From NCBI GenBank assembly GCA_038231455.1, contig JBBRLI010000034.1, positions 1-24,025 of the forward strand: 24,025 nucleotides of DNA, given 5' to 3'. The stretch comes from Vulcanimicrobiales bacterium (GTDB lineage: Bacteria > Vulcanimicrobiota > Vulcanimicrobiia > Vulcanimicrobiales > Vulcanimicrobiaceae). This document shows, in pieces, positions 17,833 to 24,025 of the stretch. The notes beneath the pieces were generated by a model that saw nothing but the letters and a program-made list of their open reading frames with translations, searched no databases and was not told the origin of the DNA. The stretch's first letter is position 1. Each line of letters begins with the position of its first letter. Position numbers and translations under genes: made by a program.

Positions 17833-19859
17833 CGGCCACCCGGTTTATGGTGCGAGCGTTGACTCTGCTGGTGGATCCCTTTCGCCTGCACCGTCGGCGG
17901 CGCACCGGACGCGCCGAGCATCCACGAGTATTGCGGGCCCAGCCGCATGATCGCCGCGCGCTGCTTGAGGCCCTGACGCCAGTTGCGAACGCGCCCCATC
18001 TTGCCGAGCATCGGCAGCGCGTAGAACCCGGCCGCCGCGTTGTCGTTTGCCTCTTGGCGATCGCGCGAGGCCGACCGCCCGAGCGTCGATCCGGTCTCGA
18101 CCCGCACCGCAAGCTTGCCGCGCATGACCAGAGCCGATGCCTCTTTCCATGTCGAGAAACCCTCAGCCGTCTCGTACTCGACCACGTGCTCGTGCGTGTA
18201 CATCGTCTGCATAAACCAAAGATCGATCTCGGCGGCGTCCTTGACGAACCGGTCGATCAGCTTCGCGCGATCGAGGATCGGGCCGCCGGATTGGTCGGCG
18301 ACCTGCTCGTAGGTCTGCGGCGAATCCGCGCGCCCGACCGGCTGGCCTTTCATTACCGGCGTCACCCCGATGAGCATCTCCATCTCCGTCTCGATCTTGT
18401 CGAGCAGGTTGAAGTACGCCGCGTCGAGCGGAGACATCGGGAATTCCTTGACCGCCTCGCTGATATTGCCGCGAACCTCGAACACCGCGCCGATGTCGTT
18501 GATGAGTTTGTTTCGCTTGAGGCCCGAGCCGACCGATGCGATCCACGTGCCGGCAAGCGACTTGCGCAGACGCTGGAAGATGATCGTCCACAGCACGTCG
18601 CGCGCGACAGAGAGCGAGCCCATGCGCAGCGCCGATCCAGCGGCATCGAACCCATATGCGGGCCAGCGGTCGCGCAGGATCGAGATCGGCACGGGCCCGT
18701 CCCAAGCGACATCCCATAGCAGAACGCGGTCGGTCGGAACGTACGCGACGTGACGCTTGTATTTGTACTTACGCACGATCACGTCGTCCATGACCATCTC
18801 GTACTGCGGCTTCGATTTCTCCACGTACTGCGGCCCGAGCGGCGTTTGGATGACTTCGTAGCCTCCGCTCTCAAATGCAGGGGCGCCGAACTCGTCGCGC
18901 GTCACGGTGTAAAGCGGCTGCTTCGTTTTCGGATCGAGCCGCGGCCGCTGCTCTTTCTTCGGCGCCGGATCGTCGATCCACAGCAAGCGAACCTTCACCG
19001 TCTCTGAGAGCGGGTCGCCCTGACGGCTCTTTCCACCGGACTTGATCGATGCGACCGGCGTGTACGGCGGCGTGTTGATCTTGCCCGCGGCGACGAGACG
19101 ATCGACGACGGCGCTGCCGCCTTTCGCGCCGAGCGCCGTGTTCGGCTTGAGCGGGTCGGTCGCAAGGCCCCCGGGCTGATTGGCTTGCACTTCGCCCGCA
19201 GCTTCGATTTCCTCGGCCTTGTCGGGAAAGAGCGTGATGAGTTTTGCGCGGCTCATCTCTTCTTCGAAGCCGATGAACTCCATATCGCGCACGAACGCCG
19301 TGCGATCGTCAACGATCAGGCGGTGCGCGGGGATCATGCGCCGATCAACGTCGCCGATTCCGCCGAGCATCTCGTGCCGCCAGTAGTGGTAGAAACCGAT
19401 CGGGCGCGTGAAGCCCGCTAGGCGATAGCCGACCGCCGTCTTATCGGCGAACTCCGTGTTGCGCCAGTTCGTGCGCAGGGCACCCTGCGCGATGCGCGCG
19501 GCGTCGTCTTCTTCTTCGTTGTGCGCTTCGATCTCCGGCTCGGGCATGCCGCGCAGCGCTTCGGCGGCGACACGATCGAAGAGCGCCGTCGGCGTCGGCG
19601 AATTGATCGAGAGCGAGTCGTCGCTGCCGAAGCCGCTTGAGGCGGTAACGTCACCGCGCCACATGCGCATGCCGCGCCGATCGCGGATCCGCAGCGCGCC
19701 TTCGTTCTGCTCCCACCGATCGGCGAAGCCTTCGAGGCGACGGATCAGGCGGTCGTTATCTTTGTCGTCCATGCGCGCACGTGCGCGGTTTTGCTGACGG
19801 CTCGGAGGCTTGGGCGAGCGGTCCATCGTCGAACGTGGCGCGAAGTCGGTGGCGTTCAT
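17829..19859 (-). CDS. Portal protein (676 aa)
   Basis: Size and position after TerL; IGVTPVMKG and RVETGST portal-type motifs. Confidence 0.85.
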   Translation of the reverse strand: MNATDFAPRSTMDRSPKPPSRQQNRARARMDDKDNDRLIRRLEGFADRWEQNEGALRIRDRRGMRMWRGDVTASSGFGSDDSLSINSPTPTALFDRVAAEALRGMPEPEIEAHNEEEDDAARIAQGALRTNWRNTEFADKTAVGYRLAGFTRPIGFYHYWRHEMLGGIGDVDRRMIPAHRLIVDDRTAFVRDMEFIGFEEEMSRAKLITLFPDKAEEIEAAGEVQANQPGGLATDPLKPNTALGAKGGSAVVDRLVAAGKINTPPYTPVASIKSGGKSRQGDPLSETVKVRLLWIDDPAPKKEQRPRLDPKTKQPLYTVTRDEFGAPAFESGGYEVIQTPLGPQYVEKSKPQYEMVMDDVIVRKYKYKRHVAYVPTDRVLLWDVAWDGPVPISILRDRWPAYGFDAAGSALRMGSLSVARDVLWTIIFQRLRKSLAGTWIASVGSGLKRNKLINDIGAVFEVRGNISEAVKEFPMSPLDAAYFNLLDKIETEMEMLIGVTPVMKGQPVGRADSPQTYEQVADQSGGPILDRAKLIDRFVKDAAEIDLWFMQTMYTHEHVVEYETAEGFSTWKEASALVMRGKLAVRVETGSTLGRSASRDRQEANDNAAAGFYALPMLGKMGRVRNWRQGLKQRAAIMRLGPQYSWMLGASGAPPTVQAKGIHQQSQRSHHKPGGR

Positions 19860-20206
19860 TTGCTGCTCCTAGCTCGTTCGATGCCGCGACGCGCGGCTGC
19901 GCTCATGCCCGAGGTATCGTTGCCAACGAATTGGATGCCGCGCACTTGCTCCTCGCGGCGCCGTTCGAAGTTGTCGGTCGGCCCGCCGATCGGCCGCTGC
20001 TGCTCGCCCGCGGCTTTGCTCTTCGCGGTCGAGAGATGATACGCGCGGTACGGGTCGCCGGTGTTCACCGTTTGCGATGACCAATCAGCCGCGAAGTCGC
20101 GCGTAGCGTTATGCCCGCAGTCGCACAGGCGCGTACGTTCAGCTGTATTGGGGCGCGCGTCGACCTCGAATAAATGGCCCTGAACGCACTTGTAGGAAAA
20201 CTTCAC
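19856..20206 (-). CDS. FmdB-like zinc-ribbon protein (116 aa)
   Basis: GTG 1 nt after terL stop; YKCVQGHLFE...LCDCG. Confidence 0.72.
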   Translation of the reverse strand: MKFSYKCVQGHLFEVDARPNTAERTRLCDCGHNATRDFAADWSSQTVNTGDPYRAYHLSTAKSKAAGEQQRPIGGPTDNFERRREEQVRGIQFVGNDTSGMSAAARRGIERARSSK

Positions 20207-20207
20207 G

Positions 20208-22157
20208 TCAAAACCCCGCCGCTGAAAACATCGTAGCAAACACATCATCGACTCGCTGCACGCCCAGGTCGTCGAACTCTTGCGGCAGCTCCGGCGTTAG
20301 CTGGCGCGGCATCGCTTTCTGCGTGCGTAAAACGCGAGCGGCCATCCCGGACGCCGACTTATTCTCGACGCTACTGCCACCCAGCACGATGTTCTTGTAC
20401 GCAAATTCGGTCTGCTCGACGCCTTGCACGCAAAGCGACGCCGCGATGATACGGTCGGCCGGGCGATCTTTTGCCATGAACTTCCCGTGCACGACCCGGT
20501 AATGCATCATCTCTTCTTGCAAGCCCGGCGTGCGAACGCGGAAGAGTCCGTCGCGAACCCACTGCCGCAGCGACCCGATCATCAAGGTCTTGGTTGTCGC
20601 GTTGGTCTCCCACATTTCTTTATTCGTAAGCTTGTGAGGACCAACCGAGAAATCTGGCCAGCGGAACCGACGTGGGTAATTAAGCTGCCGGATACGCGCT
20701 TCGGTGAGGCGACCCATATTGTTTCTCTCGGCCACCAAAAGCGCAGTGTTGTAAAAGTATCCCAGCTTAACCAGCTCGTCGCCCCAATCCGAAGGATCAA
20801 GGTGGCCTCTCCACTCGGCCACTTGATTACGCGTATTGCAGCAATAGACGCAACCAACCGAGAACGCGCGCTCGCCTTCCTCATCGTCTTCCCCTTCGTT
20901 GTCGGCAACGTCCGCGCCGACGATGTACGTGTGGCCCGCAACCGGAGCTTCCAGCATCAAGAGGCCAGGCCGCGACTCTTGATCGATCCAGCCGTCTTTC
21001 ATCTCGGGCTCGAACTCGGTGATCTGATCGAGCGACGGGTTCGTGTACGTCGACGAACGCAAAAGCCCGACGGCCATGTCGGGGAAAATCGTGTCGATCT
21101 CCTTAACCGTCTCGTCCACCATCGGCAAGCAGATCTTGAACGCCGATCGCGATGCGCGTTGGAACGCGGTGACGTCGTCGTCGGGGAACTCCTGGCGCAT
21201 CCACTCTTCGTCGCCCTGATAGTCGGAGCGGCACTTCCAGATCCACCACCACATTTGCTCGTCGGCAACCGGCGGCAGGCCGCGACGGCCAGCGGCCTTC
21301 GAGAGCGCGCGCTGCATCACGCGCATGCGCGGCTCGATCTCGACCTTCTCCTCGTTCTGCGCGTCAAACATGTGCCGGCCGACGCGCCTAATCGGGCGCG
21401 CGTAAAGATCGGGGCACATCCACCACGGGATAAAGATCGCGATGCGGTCGGTCGTGCCGCTCTTCGCCTGATCGTAGGCGTCTTTGAAATAGCCGTCTTC
21501 GGGCGAACTCTCGAGCACCAGGATCGCCGATGGGCCATCCGACATCGAGGGCAAGAACCCGCCGTAGAATTCCTCGGCTGCTTTGTAAAACGCGACCTCG
21601 GTCGTGAGCACACCGTCGCGCGCAACGCCGCGTAGCGCGTTCGGCTTCTGCACGACGAACATGCCGCTCGACTTGCGATCGTCGAAGTAGACCTCTTCCT
21701 TCGTGACACGTCCGCCCTCTTTGCGGTTCTGTCGAAGCTTGGGTTTATGCCCCGCCGGCAAACCATCGTAGAACGTCGCCATCGTTTCGTTCAGTTCGGC
21801 AAGCGTCGTCTTCTTTTCAAACGCAACGACCGCGGCGCGATAGTTCATCTGCCGCCACATTTGCCAAAAGAGATACGCACAGAAGAACGTCGAGATGCCA
21901 ACCTGTCGCGCTTTGAGGATCACGAGCTTGACCGGCAGCTGACGCTCGATCTGCGCGCTCACCGTGTTCCACACGTGCCGCTGCGCCATGTTCCAGCGGA
22001 AAGGGATCAGCGCTCCAGGTGACGCGGTCAGGTCGCCGCCGTCGCGCGCGCGCACCAGCTCCTTGATCTTCGGATTGATCTTCAGCATCTTCACGCAGAA
22101 GTATTCGAAGTCCGATCGCAGTCGATCGCGCTCGGTTGCTGAGATCACCTCGCTCAT
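20208..22157 (-). CDS. terL: Terminase large subunit (649 aa)
   Basis: Walker A ILKARQVGIST, Walker B-like LTTEVAF, ESSP coupling motif, RNaseH-like nuclease YIVGADVA, ERNN, DRIIA. Confidence 0.95.
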   Translation of the reverse strand: MSEVISATERDRLRSDFEYFCVKMLKINPKIKELVRARDGGDLTASPGALIPFRWNMAQRHVWNTVSAQIERQLPVKLVILKARQVGISTFFCAYLFWQMWRQMNYRAAVVAFEKKTTLAELNETMATFYDGLPAGHKPKLRQNRKEGGRVTKEEVYFDDRKSSGMFVVQKPNALRGVARDGVLTTEVAFYKAAEEFYGGFLPSMSDGPSAILVLESSPEDGYFKDAYDQAKSGTTDRIAIFIPWWMCPDLYARPIRRVGRHMFDAQNEEKVEIEPRMRVMQRALSKAAGRRGLPPVADEQMWWWIWKCRSDYQGDEEWMRQEFPDDDVTAFQRASRSAFKICLPMVDETVKEIDTIFPDMAVGLLRSSTYTNPSLDQITEFEPEMKDGWIDQESRPGLLMLEAPVAGHTYIVGADVADNEGEDDEEGERAFSVGCVYCCNTRNQVAEWRGHLDPSDWGDELVKLGYFYNTALLVAERNNMGRLTEARIRQLNYPRRFRWPDFSVGPHKLTNKEMWETNATTKTLMIGSLRQWVRDGLFRVRTPGLQEEMMHYRVVHGKFMAKDRPADRIIAASLCVQGVEQTEFAYKNIVLGGSSVENKSASGMAARVLRTQKAMPRQLTPELPQEFDDLGVQRVDDVFATMFSAAGF

Positions 22158-22573
22158 TCGGGCGCGTACTCCGTGCCGGCGCGCGGCGGAATCGCAGCGA
22201 TGCTGCGCGCGAACTGATCGAGGTCAAGGTCCGCGCCAAAGCTGACCGCGCCGCGCACGACTTCCTCAGCCTCCTCGGGCGGTAAGTTGCTCGACCCAAC
22301 GATCTCGCGCACGGCCTCCTCGAGCTGCGCGAGCGCCGTCTGCTCAGCGATCAAGTCGCGCGCGTCTTCGACGTCGGGATCTTGCGCGTCATCGAAGAGC
22401 GAGGGTGAAGGGAGCGGCGTCTCGGACTGCGCCCGTACCGCCGGGACGCGACGACCTTGTCGCCTCGGGGAGGTTTGCGCTTGAGCAAACGCATCACGCC
22501 CAACGCCGCATCGTTTACAAAACACTTTCGAAAGCGAGTCGGGGAACGGAACAAACGCGTGCTCGCAATTCAC
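22154..22573 (-). CDS. Hypothetical protein with N-terminal zinc finger (139 aa)
   Basis: CEH...CKRCG; coupled to terS and terL. Confidence 0.72.
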   Translation of the reverse strand: MNCEHAFVPFPDSLSKVFCKRCGVGRDAFAQAQTSPRRQGRRVPAVRAQSETPLPSPSLFDDAQDPDVEDARDLIAEQTALAQLEEAVREIVGSSNLPPEEAEEVVRGAVSFGADLDLDQFARSIAAIPPRAGTEYAPE

Positions 22574-23136
22574 GATTTCGCGCGCTTCTTCGGCCCGGGC
22601 TGGACCGTCGCGCCGACCGTCTTGATCGGCGGGGTCTTCTCGAATTCTTTGGGATCGAACAGCGCATCCGGCCCAACGCTGCCGTGAAGCATCGCGCTCT
22701 TCGTCGGCGCGAAGCCCACCGTCGTCTTGAAGAACAGCTCGACGGCTTTGAGCTTGTCGGCCGGTTCGCCGTACTCCATCACCTCAGCGAGCACCGCCCC
22801 GCATGCCGCGACGTCGACGCCCTGCGCAGCGAGGATGTCAGCGACACCCTGCTGCGTACGCGGTAGTGCCGCTTGAGCAATCCCGCGCCGCGTCAGCGCG
22901 TACTCGTTCTTCTCCGGATAGCCAGCGGCCGTCGCCGCCTCGCGCGCAACGCGAACGCGATCGGCGAACGTCAGCTTCCCCTCATTCGCCATCGCGCGCT
23001 CCATCATGCCTTTGGCAAAGAACGCGCAAAAGCGCCACTCGCGTTCGTTTTTCGGACGCGTGACATCGCCGCGCTTTTCCGCCACGCGAGCGCGAGACAG
23101 CCGCCAGCGTTGGTACGCCTGTTCGTACGCCCACAT
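22570..23136 (-). CDS. terS: Terminase small subunit (188 aa)
   Basis: AREAATAAGY HTH motif typical of TerS; size and position upstream of terL. Confidence 0.72.
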   Translation of the reverse strand: MWAYEQAYQRWRLSRARVAEKRGDVTRPKNEREWRFCAFFAKGMMERAMANEGKLTFADRVRVAREAATAAGYPEKNEYALTRRGIAQAALPRTQQGVADILAAQGVDVAACGAVLAEVMEYGEPADKLKAVELFFKTTVGFAPTKSAMLHGSVGPDALFDPKEFEKTPPIKTVGATVQPGPKKRAKS

Positions 23137-23142
23137 CCGACC

Positions 23143-23148
23143 AACGTA
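23143..23148 (-). promoter_or_regulatory. Possible -10 box TACGTT 6 nt before terS ATG (leaderless)
   Basis: TANNNT-N6-ATG with no SD; GGGCC box absent. Confidence 0.5.
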
Positions 23149-23179
23149 ATCGCGCTTACGCGGCGCATTCCACCACGCT

Positions 23180-23383
23180 CTACGATCCGTCTCGCTCTCC
23201 GGGTGCGTGCTTGGAGCGAAGCATCTCCACGCCCGCAGATCTCACGTCGACGTTCTCGCGCCCGGTCGCAAACCGGAACCCGGTCGGACTGCCCACGATC
23301 GCGTTCGCGGTGCGCGCAAAGTTGGTGTCCGAGGTTTGGGGCCCTTGAGACCCCAGCGCCGGAATTTCTTTCTCGTTCGCCAT
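23180..23383 (-). CDS. Hypothetical protein (67 aa)
   Basis: TGATG coupling to upstream gene. Confidence 0.65.
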   Translation of the reverse strand: MANEKEIPALGSQGPQTSDTNFARTANAIVGSPTGFRFATGRENVDVRSAGVEMLRSKHAPGERDGS

Positions 23384-23874
23384 CAGAGCGGCGTCTCGTC
23401 AGCCGACGCAGCCTCAGCTGCCGTCGGCTCGAACGGCACGACCGTCTCGGCCTTCACCGGAAGCTTGGCCGAGAAGTCGATCCCGCGAACACGCTGGTTG
23501 AGCGCGATCGCGCAGTCACGCCCGCCGTACTGATCCGGCACCAGCTGATGCTTCTCGACGATCTTCCCGCACGTCGGACAATCCGTCGGCGTCTGCACCA
23601 GCTGATCGGGATACCGGTGAACCGTCCGGCCAGCAGCCGACCCGTCCGCAGCAAAGTGCTGCTCGACCACCGTCGACTGATCAACATCCGCCGAGTCAAC
23701 GAGCAGCGGGCAGTGCATATCCGAGTACACCGGCGAGCCCATCACGGTCCCATCGCGAGGAGCGAGCGGCACCGGAACCTCAACCGTCCCCGACACCAGC
23801 TGCACCGGCACCGTCTCGGCCGGGTCAGCAGCAACGCGCTCCGACACCGGCACTTCGTTCTCGAACTCACTCAT
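23383..23874 (-). CDS. Acidic hypothetical protein with CPTC motif (163 aa)
   Basis: Likely start MSEFENE at 23874, downstream of the promoter motif; CPTC...H...C. Confidence 0.68.
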   Translation of the reverse strand: MSEFENEVPVSERVAADPAETVPVQLVSGTVEVPVPLAPRDGTVMGSPVYSDMHCPLLVDSADVDQSTVVEQHFAADGSAAGRTVHRYPDQLVQTPTDCPTCGKIVEKHQLVPDQYGGRDCAIALNQRVRGIDFSAKLPVKAETVVPFEPTAAEAASADETPL

Positions 23875-23922
23875 CGATTTCGCCAATCCGCGCCGGAGCG
23901 CAACACAAGAGATTACCCGGCA

Positions 23923-23954
23923 ATCGTAGAGCCGCGACGCGCAAACCAAGGCCC
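23923..23954 (-). promoter_or_regulatory. Putative late promoter GGGCCT-N20-TACGAT at the head of the packaging operon
   Basis: Same spacing as three other copies; preceded by a T-rich UP-element-like tract. Confidence 0.65.
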
Positions 23955-24025
23955 GAAAAATAAACAGAGAAAAAGTCTAGAGCGCCCAGAGACCGTACCG
24001 GTTCTCCGCCGCCCAGCCCAGGGGG

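Larger units (their letters stand above)
141..24025 (-). mobile_element. Podovirus-like phage/prophage late (packaging, virion, lysis) module
   Basis: Co-oriented, tightly coupled genes (ATGA/GTGA/TAATG/TAGTG overlaps) in the order terminase, portal, scaffold, capsid, adaptor, nozzle, fibre, ejection proteins, lysis; no tape measure or sheath. Confidence 0.93.

Noticed and set aside
21590-21615. TerL Walker B lacking Asp (LTTEVAF)
   Set aside because: S/T-E-x-A-F variants are common in terminases with the KARQ.G Walker A; not evidence of inactivation
3000-21635. Long plus-strand ORFs (3000-4133, 11219-12115, 12892-14004, 14746-15804, 20424-21635 and others)
   Set aside because: Antisense shadows of GC-rich minus-strand genes; no recognisable motifs
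1-24025. CRISPR array, tRNA/rRNA, DGR repeats, intrinsic terminators
   Set aside because: No spaced direct repeats, cloverleaf, reverse transcriptase or convincing hairpin plus U-tract seen by eye

Overview
High-GC (roughly 60-65%) tailed dsDNA phage or prophage segment carrying a nearly complete podovirus-type late region, all on the minus strand and read right to left: small Zn-ribbon and hypothetical genes, TerS, TerL, portal, scaffold, HK97-fold major capsid, decoration candidates, head-tail adaptor, tail nozzle, tail fibre/receptor-binding candidates, a GNAT-like protein, four ejection (internal virion) proteins, and a lysis cassette (SLT endolysin, holin). There is no tape measure or sheath gene. 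The left edge has a plus-strand fragment resembling a large serine recombinase that stops right at the last phage gene. Notable signals: (1) three virion-type beta-rich proteins with N-terminal export signal peptides and paired cysteines, one of them in the tail-fibre slot, suggesting extracytoplasmic folding or assembly; (2) a recurring GGGCC(G/T)-N20-TANNNT promoter-like motif, three copies sitting 6-7 nt before ATG (leaderless); (3) an unannotated 32-aa protamine-like peptide; (4) a perfect 11-residue Asn ladder in an ejection protein; (5) a candidate overprinted ORF inside terL. All product calls come from motifs and gene order; no database search was run.
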